The position numbers and the translations under genes are program-made. The notes below the pieces were generated by a model. It saw only the letters and a list, made by a program, of their open reading frames with translations, had not been told where the DNA came from and searched no databases. Positions 1-7,668 of a stretch of DNA of 64,000 nt are shown here, one piece after another; position 1 is the first letter of the stretch, and the number at the start of each line of letters is the position of its first letter. Origin of the DNA: a virus; the IMG/VR virus record IMGVR_UViG_3300020183_000033, positions 25,972 to 89,971 of that record; one strand, 5' to 3'.

Positions 1-163
1 GAAGAAGATGGCAGCAAAGATGGAAGCTAAGAAGGTAATCTCAGATGCGAATGCAGCCGAGAATAAAACAGAATCTTTACCAGTAGCGAATACTGAGATC
101 GTTAAAAAGCTAAAAGAGAAAAAGGGCAAGGATCTACCTGAGCCTGGAACACATCAAGTCTAG
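1..163 (+). CDS. 3' end of a hypothetical protein (truncated by window start)
   Basis: Open frame from nt 2 (KKMAAKMEAKKVISD...) to TAG at 161-163, abutting the next ORF. Confidence 0.6.
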   Translation, partial: KKMAAKMEAKKVISDANAAENKTESLPVANTEIVKKLKEKKGKDLPEPGTHQV

Positions 164-164
164 C

Positions 165-551
165 TTGAATATCAATATCACATCAGATAACGCACTTCTC
201 TACGCAGCCAGGGTTTATGACAATCCAGGCTGCGTAACTTTTCAGGAGTTCGAAGAGGACTACGCAAGGGTTAAGTTCATCAAAGTGCTTCTATCGAAAT
301 ACCTAAATAATAAGAAAGTCAATATCCAGATGGTGCTGAATCATATCATCTGTCTGAATAACGTCTTTCCAGGCTGGGTCGCTAAGATTTTGTTGGCAGA
401 AGTAGACAAGAATTATTGGAATCTCTTAGCCACTTTTTTGATTTATCTTAAGTTAATGCCGATTGACGATTTCTGGATTAATGGGAAAAGAATTAACGTA
501 GAGGTATTCGAATTAGATGGAGAACTCTTAGATCGACTGAGGGAGCTATAA
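165..551 (+). CDS. Conserved hypothetical protein of T4-like phages
   Basis: 128 aa; YDNPGC...FEEDY.R.K.IK.LL..Y...LNHII.L.NVF pattern recalled from a conserved T4-like phage family. Confidence 0.7.
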   Translation: MNINITSDNALLYAARVYDNPGCVTFQEFEEDYARVKFIKVLLSKYLNNKKVNIQMVLNHIICLNNVFPGWVAKILLAEVDKNYWNLLATFLIYLKLMPIDDFWINGKRINVEVFELDGELLDRLREL

Positions 552-724
552 TGCCAAAGAGATATAAAGTAACACGTATCAAAAGAGACATCTCAGAAGT
601 CACTACTGCTTCTGTTGCTGCAACAGGCTCTGATCCTAACCCAGCAATATCGATTGAAAAGTTAAAGACAGCTCGCAAGAAAAATTATGAGCCTATGCCA
701 GTTCTTAAGAGAAAAGGAAGCTAA
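551..724 (+). CDS. Small hypothetical protein (57 aa, below ORF-track cutoff)
   Basis: TAATG stop/start overlap with the upstream gene; MPKRYKVTRIKRDISEV...KRKGS*; fills the gap to the next gene. Confidence 0.6.
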   Translation: MPKRYKVTRIKRDISEVTTASVAATGSDPNPAISIEKLKTARKKNYEPMPVLKRKGS

Positions 725-726
725 CC

Positions 727-1068
727 GTGGAGATTACATCTTTACAAAAAGACGTTCAAGACGTCAGGGTTCAAGTTGAGTTAATTAAAAAGGACATCTC
801 ACAGTTCGGTAGTGTGATGGAAAAGTTGGACAAAACAAATGACAAGATTCAAGACCTCATTGACAACATACACAAAATTGTGAACCTACACGACACACAA
901 TTAACACTTTCCAAAAGAGACACAGAAGACATCCAGAACGAGATCGAAGCAATCAAAGAAAAGATCTCTAAGCTAGAGAAGTTTGAATGGGCATTTATCG
1001 GTATTATCGGGTTTCTCTCGTTTATTCTGAATATCAATAACATCATGCTTTTTTTTTCAAGTAAATAG
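727..1068 (+). CDS. Coiled-coil protein with C-terminal transmembrane helix (XhlA/holin-like)
   Basis: Heptad-rich body followed by hydrophobic WAFIGIIGFLSFIL. Confidence 0.55.
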   Translation: MEITSLQKDVQDVRVQVELIKKDISQFGSVMEKLDKTNDKIQDLIDNIHKIVNLHDTQLTLSKRDTEDIQNEIEAIKEKISKLEKFEWAFIGIIGFLSFILNINNIMLFFSSK

Positions 1069-1097
1069 TTTATTTTAGAACCATAATATAGTATAAT
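1069..1097 (+). promoter_or_regulatory. sigma70-type promoter for gp55
   Basis: TTTATT-17 bp-TATAAT, then GAGGT SD before the TTG start at 1117. Confidence 0.55.
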
Positions 1098-1116
1098 ATT
1101 ATATTGAGGTACCTGT

Positions 1117-1662
1117 TTGGCGAAAAATTATATCAATAACTCAGAGTTTCTAGTTCTATTAGCAAACTATCAGAAAGTAAAACGAGCAGCTCTGAAGAAA
1201 GGAAAGGATGTTCCTCCGATCCCTAATGAAATCGGAACGTGTATCTTAGAGATCGCGCGCGGCCTAGCACGTAGACCTAACTTCTCTGCGTACACGTTTA
1301 AAGAAGATATGATATCGGATGGTATTGAGAACTGCTTTCAGTACATTGATAACTTCAATCCAGAGATATCCAGTAACCCTTTTTCGTACTTTACCCAGAT
1401 TGTTTATTATGCATTCCTGCGACGCATCTACACCGAATCTAAGCAATCCTATGTTAAGTTTAAATCTTTTCAGAACCACGATTTATTCACAAATCACAAG
1501 CACGAAACAAAAAAGCACGTCAATCTAATTAACACAATTATCAACGATAAAACACAGGATATTATTACCAAGTTCGAAGAAAAGATGTTGGCAAAAGCAA
1601 CGAACAAAAAAGTTTTAAAAGACGACGATGAAATTATAAACCTCGAATTATTCATGGAGTAA
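1117..1662 (+). CDS. gp55: Late-transcription sigma factor gp55
   Basis: NYINN.EF..., RPNF..YT..EDMISDGIENC.QY..NF.PE...NPF.YFTQI.Y.AF.RRI..E motifs; adjacent to gp47/gp46. Confidence 0.95.
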   Translation: MAKNYINNSEFLVLLANYQKVKRAALKKGKDVPPIPNEIGTCILEIARGLARRPNFSAYTFKEDMISDGIENCFQYIDNFNPEISSNPFSYFTQIVYYAFLRRIYTESKQSYVKFKSFQNHDLFTNHKHETKKHVNLINTIINDKTQDIITKFEEKMLAKATNKKVLKDDDEIINLELFME

Positions 1663-1663
1663 C

Positions 1664-2722
1664 ATGCTCAAAGCTCTAATTACTGACACTCACTTCGGTG
1701 CCAGAGGCGATAACCCTCTTTTCTATGACTACTTTGACAAGTTCCTAGACAACGTATTCTTCCCCACCATCAAAAAGAAAAAGATCAAGAAGATTATTCA
1801 TCTCGGTGACGTAAACGATCGTCGCAAGTACATGAACTATCAGACTCTTGCATGGGCTGATACCTTCTTTAAACGTTGTGCTGATCTAGGATTGGAAGTG
1901 GATGTTATCGCTGGAAACCACGATACGTACTACAAGTCCACGAACTCTGTTAACTCTCCTGACCTACTCTTCTCAAAGTACAAGAACGTGAAGATCTACT
2001 CAGAACCAGTCGAGATTGACAACGTTCTTTATGTGCCTTGGATCAACCCAGAGAACAAAGAGAAGACCCTACAGATCATCAGAGACACTGGGTGTGAAGT
2101 AGTTATGGGTCACCTTGAACTCACTGGTTATACGATGTTTAAAGGCTCTGTGTGTCATGATGGAATGAACGCAGACGTGTTCCATAAGTTTGAGTCGGTG
2201 TACTCAGGCCATTTCCATACAAAGAATTCTTCTGGAAACGTACACTACTTGGGTTGCCCCTGGGATCTAATCTTTACTGATACAGACGACGTAAAAGGTT
2301 TTCATTTATGGGACGATGAAACGGACGCTCTGACGTTTGTTGAGAACCCATACAAGATGTATTGGAAGTTGTACTACGATGATACAACAGCGTCGGACAT
2401 AGATGACCTCTTGCTTTCTGACGCAGGATATAGTAAAATAAAGGGTACGTTTGTCAAGGTTTACGTCAAGGGTAAGAACAATCCTGTATTCTTTGATCGT
2501 TATATTCAGAAGATCAATACTTCTGAACCAGCCAACCTTTCTATTGTAGAAGATTACATTCCTGATAACAAGGAAGAAGACGCGATCTGCATCACGGAAG
2601 ATACCTTGTCTATCCTCAAGAATTCAATCAAGGATTACTCTGATCTTCTACCATCAAAGGACAAGGAAGTACAGATAGAAAAGCTTCTATCAGATCTATA
2701 TATCGAGGCATTGAAAGTTTAA
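1664..2722 (+). CDS. gp47: Recombination endonuclease subunit gp47 (Mre11/SbcD-like)
   Basis: Phosphoesterase motifs DTHFG, HLGD..DRR, GNHD, GHLE, SGHFH. Confidence 0.95.
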   Translation: MLKALITDTHFGARGDNPLFYDYFDKFLDNVFFPTIKKKKIKKIIHLGDVNDRRKYMNYQTLAWADTFFKRCADLGLEVDVIAGNHDTYYKSTNSVNSPDLLFSKYKNVKIYSEPVEIDNVLYVPWINPENKEKTLQIIRDTGCEVVMGHLELTGYTMFKGSVCHDGMNADVFHKFESVYSGHFHTKNSSGNVHYLGCPWDLIFTDTDDVKGFHLWDDETDALTFVENPYKMYWKLYYDDTTASDIDDLLLSDAGYSKIKGTFVKVYVKGKNNPVFFDRYIQKINTSEPANLSIVEDYIPDNKEEDAICITEDTLSILKNSIKDYSDLLPSKDKEVQIEKLLSDLYIEALKV

Positions 2723-2723
2723 G

Positions 2724-4439
2724 ATGATCACATTTGAAGAACTAAAATGGTGCAATTTCCTCTCTACTGGAAACAAGTTTAACACCATCAACCTAAACGA
2801 CAAGAAGACAAATCTTATCGTCGGAACGAACGGAATGGGTAAGTCGACGATCCTCGATGCCATTACGTTTGTTCTGTTTAACAAGCCTTTCCGAAAGATC
2901 AATCTTCCTCAGCTGGTGAATACAGTAAATAACCGAGACTGTATTGTAGAGATCTCGTTTAGTACTGGAGCGAACTCTTATCGAATCGTTCGTGGCCTAA
3001 AGCCAAAGGTCTTTGAAATCTGGGAGAACGACAAGATGCTGCAACAAGACGCAGCTATTCGAGACTATCAGGAATACCTTGAAAACCATATCCTGAAGAT
3101 GAACTACAAGGCATTTACCCAGATCGTTGTGATCGGTAACGCAACGTATCAGCCGTTTATGAAGTTGTCTCCACACGATCGTAGAAACATCGTAGAGACG
3201 TTTCTTGATATCGACATCTTCACCAAGATGAACTCGATCCTGAAGTCAAAGATCACTGAGACAAAGGAAAGAATCAACGACGTTTCCTATAAGTACGACC
3301 TCTCTCATGAGAAGATCAAGATGGCTCAGACTATCCTTTCTAGCTCTGAAGAATCCATTCAGAAAAAGATCTCAGACAACAACTCCGAGATCGAAAGGAA
3401 AGAGGTGGCGATCGCTGTAAAGAACAAGCAGATCTCTGACCTGAACGACGAGATTACTTCTATTGTATTCAATCAGGAACAGACGAACAAGGTACAGGAA
3501 AAAATCAATAAACTAAACGAATACCTGACTACGTTTAAGACAAAGAAGAAAACAACCGAGAAGGAGATTCAGTTCCTTGAGGCAAATGATTCTTGTGGTA
3601 CATGTAAGCAGGTGATTGATCCTGAGTTCAAGGAAAAGAACCTGACGGAAAAACGGGAAACGGCTACAAAGCTTGAAGGAGTTATTAAGCAAGCTCAGGA
3701 CGAGATCACGAAGACAAATAATACTCTGAACTCATACCTCGAGAACCTCGAAGAAATCAAGTCCAGAAAGTCTCAGATCGATCGAGTAAAGATTGATCTA
3801 GGTTATCTACAGAAGGATATTGATCGTATTGTAAACGAGAATGCTGCTCTTCTAAAGGAAAAGAAAGACAACCTAGAAAAGAACAAAGAAGAGTATCAGG
3901 TGCTTTTGGACGAGAACAAATCACTCTCGGATGCACGCGATAATCTACTATCCGAGCAACATCTGCATTCGATTGCTGCCGTTCTCTTAAAGGACGATGG
4001 TATCAAGACAAAGATCATCAAGTATTATCTGCCGTTGATGAACAAGTTGATCAACAAGTATCTACATCACCTGGACTTCTATATCAACTATACGTTGGAC
4101 GAGAACTTCGAGGAAAAGGTAAAGACTCCTTCGCGGGATTCCTTTACATACAACTCCTTCTCGGAAGGCGAGAAGCTACGAGTTGACTTAGCTATTCTGT
4201 TCGCTTGGCGGGAAATAGCTAAGTCTAAGAACTCAACAAATACCAATCTATTGTTGCTGGACGAAGTGTTTGATTCATCCCTTGACAACTCAGGGATCGA
4301 CGACTTCCTTCGTATCCTTGATGTTCTGACAGAAGACACCAACGTGTTCGTGATCTCTCATAAGGGTGACTCACTGTTCGACAAGTTCACGAATGTAATT
4401 CGGTTCGAGAAGGTAAACGGTTTCTCTAAGATTATGTGA
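2724..4439 (+). CDS. gp46: Recombination ATPase subunit gp46 (Rad50/SbcC-like)
   Basis: Walker A GTNGMGKST, Zn-hook CGTC, coiled coils, FSEGEK signature, LLLLDEVFDSSLD, SH. Confidence 0.95.
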   Translation: MITFEELKWCNFLSTGNKFNTINLNDKKTNLIVGTNGMGKSTILDAITFVLFNKPFRKINLPQLVNTVNNRDCIVEISFSTGANSYRIVRGLKPKVFEIWENDKMLQQDAAIRDYQEYLENHILKMNYKAFTQIVVIGNATYQPFMKLSPHDRRNIVETFLDIDIFTKMNSILKSKITETKERINDVSYKYDLSHEKIKMAQTILSSSEESIQKKISDNNSEIERKEVAIAVKNKQISDLNDEITSIVFNQEQTNKVQEKINKLNEYLTTFKTKKKTTEKEIQFLEANDSCGTCKQVIDPEFKEKNLTEKRETATKLEGVIKQAQDEITKTNNTLNSYLENLEEIKSRKSQIDRVKIDLGYLQKDIDRIVNENAALLKEKKDNLEKNKEEYQVLLDENKSLSDARDNLLSEQHLHSIAAVLLKDDGIKTKIIKYYLPLMNKLINKYLHHLDFYINYTLDENFEEKVKTPSRDSFTYNSFSEGEKLRVDLAILFAWREIAKSKNSTNTNLLLLDEVFDSSLDNSGIDDFLRILDVLTEDTNVFVISHKGDSLFDKFTNVIRFEKVNGFSKIM

Positions 4440-4680
4440 GGAACTTCTCTAGGCTACCGTCGTCAATCGGACCCTTCTGGACTACCTTGCCGTTGACCAT
4501 GGAATACCATTCCTTCCCAGATAAATCAATCAAAACTTGATCTGATTCGTCTTCTTTATTTGTGTAAGTAACATGGCCGTCGGCTCCTACAGCTGGACGG
4601 CCATAGCCATGATTTGCCATCAAAGCATCTAGTTCTTTTCTGTTGGCTTGCTCGTTAATAAAGTTGTTAAATGAGTACAT
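4432..4680 (-). CDS. Hypothetical protein
   Basis: 82 aa with AGGAAAAGGA SD; MYSFNNFINE start typical of T4-like small late proteins. Confidence 0.6.
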   Translation of the reverse strand: MYSFNNFINEQANRKELDALMANHGYGRPAVGADGHVTYTNKEDESDQVLIDLSGKEWYSMVNGKVVQKGPIDDGSLEKFLT

Positions 4681-4692
4681 AGTTCCTTTTCC

Positions 4693-5715
4693 TTATAGAA
4701 TCTGACTAAGCATAATAGACATCGTATTTCCTCTAGTCCTCACGTAAGGTTCCTTCTTGAAGAAGTATTCTCCCCTTTTATTCCAATCCATTACAATAAA
4801 GTCTCCGTCTTCCACTTCATCCAAAGACAAGGCATTGGATATTGGTTGCACCAATTCTTTTTCTAGAACCCTCTTTAAGTTTCTAGCGCCATATTCAACC
4901 GAATAACCTGCGTCCACAATCTTTTCTTTGGCTAATTTGGTTACACCGAGGAACACCTTTTTCATTTCGCAATGGAAAAGTCTTTCTTGAATTTCCATCA
5001 GTTCGAGATCGAAAATTCTCTCCACGTCTTTTCGTACCAGCTGTTTAAACACAACGATCTTATCAATACGATTGATAAATTCAGGAAGAAAAATTTTCTT
5101 AATTTCCTTTATTATAACTGTTTCGCGTTCTGTTGCAGAAAGAATCTTCTTAGTAAATCCAATAGTATTTTCTTCTGTCTCGATTTTTCTAACGCCAATG
5201 TTGCAGGTCATAAAAATAAAGCAGTTTACAAACGAAACATCAACGTTTGAGTTCGTGGTTACAGTAGCCGTGTCTAAAATTCCAAGAAGCATATTAAACA
5301 TAGAAGGAGAAGCCTTTTCGATTTCGTCAAAAAGGATTACATTTGGCTTTCCTTTGATCTGAATACGCTCCTTAGATAGCAAAGGTTTTGTGTCTCCGTG
5401 ACCCACGTATCCTGGGGGGGCGCCTAGAAGCTTCGACAATTCATGGTGTTGCTGCAATTCACCGCAATTTATCACAACAGGATCGACATCAAAGTAGTTT
5501 CCGATTTCTTGAACAATTTTTGTCTTTCCTGTTCCTGTCGGGCCAGCGAAAAGGAAATTAAACAAAGGCTTTTTGGGGTTGTTTAATCCCACGAAGTAAC
5601 GCTGAGATCCATTACAGATCTCTTTGATTGCTTCGTCCTGCGAAATCACTTTTGACTTTAGGTACTCAGATAAACGCCTGGCTTCGCCATTAAGATTTTT
5701 GCAGTCAAGTACCAT
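4693..5715 (-). CDS. Single-module Clp-family AAA+ ATPase (ClpA/B/C D2-like) with IGF loop
   Basis: GPTGTGKT, pore loop GAPPGYVG, VILFDEIEKA, NTIGF, PEFINRID, YGARNLKR. AGGAGG at 5731-5726 places the start at 5718 (TTG) or 5715 (ATG) rather than 5748. Confidence 0.9.
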   Translation of the reverse strand: MVLDCKNLNGEARRLSEYLKSKVISQDEAIKEICNGSQRYFVGLNNPKKPLFNFLFAGPTGTGKTKIVQEIGNYFDVDPVVINCGELQQHHELSKLLGAPPGYVGHGDTKPLLSKERIQIKGKPNVILFDEIEKASPSMFNMLLGILDTATVTTNSNVDVSFVNCFIFMTCNIGVRKIETEENTIGFTKKILSATERETVIIKEIKKIFLPEFINRIDKIVVFKQLVRKDVERIFDLELMEIQERLFHCEMKKVFLGVTKLAKEKIVDAGYSVEYGARNLKRVLEKELVQPISNALSLDEVEDGDFIVMDWNKRGEYFFKKEPYVRTRGNTMSIMLSQIL

Positions 5716-5735
5716 CAAGAAACAGCCTCCTGACG

Positions 5736-5743
5736 TATTTATG
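5736..5743 (-). promoter_or_regulatory. T4-type late promoter variant (CATAAATA) for the Clp ATPase
   Basis: CATAAATA immediately upstream of the AGGAGG SD. Confidence 0.55.
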
Positions 5744-5750
5744 GGCAAAG

Positions 5751-5778
5751 CAAAAGGCTCTCCGAAGCGAGCCTTTTG
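5751..5778 (-). terminator. Rho-independent terminator ending the tmRNA transcript (potentially bidirectional)
   Basis: CAAAAGGCTC-gcttcgga-GAGCCTTTTG hairpin with A/T tracts on both sides. Confidence 0.8.
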
Positions 5779-6040
5779 GATTCTTTCTGTTTCCGAGTGA
5801 ATCGTACTCAGCTTTAGCTACCGCTCAGGCAGCATATGCATAGGCAACGTTATTGTTGGCCTTTATGTGTTTCCGCTGTTATACAGTAGTCGGCTACTGG
5901 AAATCTCCTCTCCTCTATTCCCGCCAATCGAAACTTGACACCCCCCACAAATTTCCACTCCAGAACTAGCGAATGAAAATTTGGAGGTGGTGGCATTGCA
6001 GCCACGTCTTGACAGTAGTCGAATCGGATCAACGATTCCA
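5779..6040 (-). ncRNA. ssrA: Circularly permuted (two-piece) tmRNA
   Basis: Minus-strand order: GAC + T-arm GTGGC/GCCAC (6005-5990) + CACCTCC-A (5989-5982), then an intervening hairpin, then GGGGGTG-TCAAGTTTCGA (5945 onward). The acceptor stem has G3.U70. P2 is TTGGCGG/CTGTCAA. A pseudoknot precedes the tag ORF 5860-5825, ANNNVAYAYAA*. Confidence 0.9.
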
Positions 6041-6044
6041 ATTC

Positions 6045-6052
6045 TATTTATA
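6045..6052 (-). promoter_or_regulatory. T4 late promoter TATAAATA driving the tmRNA
   Basis: Exact gp55 consensus about 5 nt upstream of the predicted acceptor-piece 5' end. Confidence 0.75.
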
Positions 6053-6071
6053 ATCCGAAAATTTCAAATTA

Positions 6072-6278
6072 CTAAATAGTAGCAGGAGTAGAAAGTGTAC
6101 CACCATAATAACTCCTGCGATTAAAACCAACTTCCTTGGTAGATTCTATCCAAGCAGCATAGCCTTCTTCTAAGAGGGATTTCGCCGCTGAGACTACGGT
6201 TTTATTATACTCATCATAATAATGAGGTACACTACCAGTGGCAACATGTACTGGAATATCAATTGGTTTCTTAGGCAT
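6072..6278 (-). CDS. Hypothetical protein
   Basis: 68 aa, overlaps the stop of the upstream ORF, AAGGA SD. Confidence 0.55.
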   Translation of the reverse strand: MPKKPIDIPVHVATGSVPHYYDEYNKTVVSAAKSLLEEGYAAWIESTKEVGFNRRSYYGGTLSTPATI

Positions 6279-6933
6279 TCACGATTCCTTTCAGGACCAT
6301 CCATTCTTTCACGAATTTCAAAATTAGACCATACTCTTCAATTTGTTCAGGAGAGTAGGCGTTATCAATACCAATCTGATTATAGTTAGATAACCAGTCA
6401 TCAATGTGAAATTTTTGACCCCCAATAACAACGTTTCCTTCTTGGTCAGTGACACTGATATGGTGAACAGTTCCTGTTAGGAATAGGGGAGTAGTTTTCC
6501 ATTCGCCTCCTGACAACACACCAACAACTTTTGTGTTGCCATAAACCATTGCGTCACCGAAGACCATTGCGTTGCCATAGACACATGCGTTGTCAAAGAC
6601 CCTTGCGGTGCCAGAGACCCATGCGTTGCCAGAGACACATGCGTTGCCATAGACACATGCGTTGTCAGAGACCCTTGCGGTGCCAGAGACCCATGCGTTG
6701 CCATAGACACATGCGGTGTCAGAGACCCTTGCGGTGCCATAGACACATGCGGTGTCAGAGACCCTTGCGGTGCCAGAGACCCTTGCGTTGTCATAGATCA
6801 ACGCATTTGGCCCCACGAAAGCTGTGTCGTCTACAGTAGCGGTGTTCTTGACCCAACCTCCACCATTAGAGTGTTGATGCCAAGTTTCTTCTGTGGCATC
6901 GGGAAATAGCAATTGTAATTCTTGTAGTGTCAT
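6271..6933 (-). CDS. Hexapeptide-repeat (left-handed beta-helix) protein
   Basis: Tandem (A[RCWM]V[SYF][GD][TN])n repeats after the WHQHSNGGGWV..TA.V...A.VGP.A motif. Confidence 0.8.
   Translation of the reverse strand: MTLQELQLLFPDATEETWHQHSNGGGWVKNTATVDDTAFVGPNALIYDNARVSGTARVSDTACVYGTARVSDTACVYGNAWVSGTARVSDNACVYGNACVSGNAWVSGTARVFDNACVYGNAMVFGDAMVYGNTKVVGVLSGGEWKTTPLFLTGTVHHISVTDQEGNVVIGGQKFHIDDWLSNYNQIGIDNAYSPEQIEEYGLILKFVKEWMVLKGIVNA
6545..6800. repeat. 18-bp tandem repeats encoding the hexapeptide array
   Basis: Units such as GTGCCAGAGACCCTTGCG / TTGCCATAGACACATGCG repeated about 14 times. Confidence 0.85.
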
Positions 6934-6947
6934 TTTGTAATCTTTAT

Positions 6948-7082
6948 TAATTCAGAACTCAACCGTCGAAACTCTTCAGGGTTCTTATCTGTCATGGCTT
7001 GGTAGATCTTCTCTAGTATGTCTGAAACTTTCAGGTAATCAGCATACTCTTCTTGAGACATCCAGTTGAATGGTACGGTCAT
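6948..7082 (-). CDS. Small hypothetical protein (about 44 aa)
   Basis: MTVPFNWMSQEEYADYLKVSDILEKIYQAMTDKNPEEFRRLSSE*, co-oriented and filling a gap. Confidence 0.45.
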
Positions 7083-7176
7083 GGTTAATCTCTTTCAATA
7101 TTGAATTCTTTTTTAGACAGCACTGCCATTTCATAGAACGCATCAGAACGCATCTGATTGAATTCTTTTTCTTTCA

Positions 7177-7638
7177 TCAGAAGATGACCTGAATCCAGTC
7201 TTCTTGGGGTTGCGGTGTTTGTTGTTTCATCGGCCTAACGACGAGTCTTACTATCGATATGTCTAAGTCAGATTTATATTGATTAACAGTAAAATTCTTT
7301 GTTGCAATAAAGTACTCGCCTCCTTTGACCTCTCTAGGAGTCTCGCTGACCAGTTCCCATTGATTATCCAGATTTGATTTGATCTCTTCCAAAGTCTTCC
7401 CATAGATTTCAAACACTGGATCTTTCTTCCCTAGCAGGACTAGACGGGGAGCATCATACTGACTCATCTGCAACGCAGATTTCAATTCTTCACCCGCCAA
7501 AGTGACAAATGTCTCATCCCGTTTCGGGGGACGGAATTCGCAGTGATAATTTGGAATATAATACTCTTGAATTTTCTTGAGTACTTCTCCTTCATAAACT
7601 TGTTCAATTTTGATATCTTGGGTGTAGATGAGGTTCAT
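7177..7638 (-). CDS. Hypothetical protein
   Basis: 153 aa, AAGGA SD. Confidence 0.6.
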   Translation of the reverse strand: MNLIYTQDIKIEQVYEGEVLKKIQEYYIPNYHCEFRPPKRDETFVTLAGEELKSALQMSQYDAPRLVLLGKKDPVFEIYGKTLEEIKSNLDNQWELVSETPREVKGGEYFIATKNFTVNQYKSDLDISIVRLVVRPMKQQTPQPQEDWIQVIF

Positions 7639-7668
7639 GATATATTTCCTTAGTCGTTGTGGTGTGGG

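Noticed and set aside
5939-6008. Possible tRNA-Ala gene
   Set aside because: No anticodon arm or D-stem, and the 3' acceptor strand precedes the 5' strand, which fits a permuted tmRNA. No canonical tRNA was recognised elsewhere in the window
5850-6041. 63-aa ORF on the minus strand
   Set aside because: TTG start without SD, no protein-like features, and fully explained by the tmRNA structure
6477-6839. Repetitive ORFs 6477-6794 (-) and 6531-6839 (+), or a CRISPR array
   Set aside because: Shadow frames of the 18-bp coding repeats; there are no unique spacers
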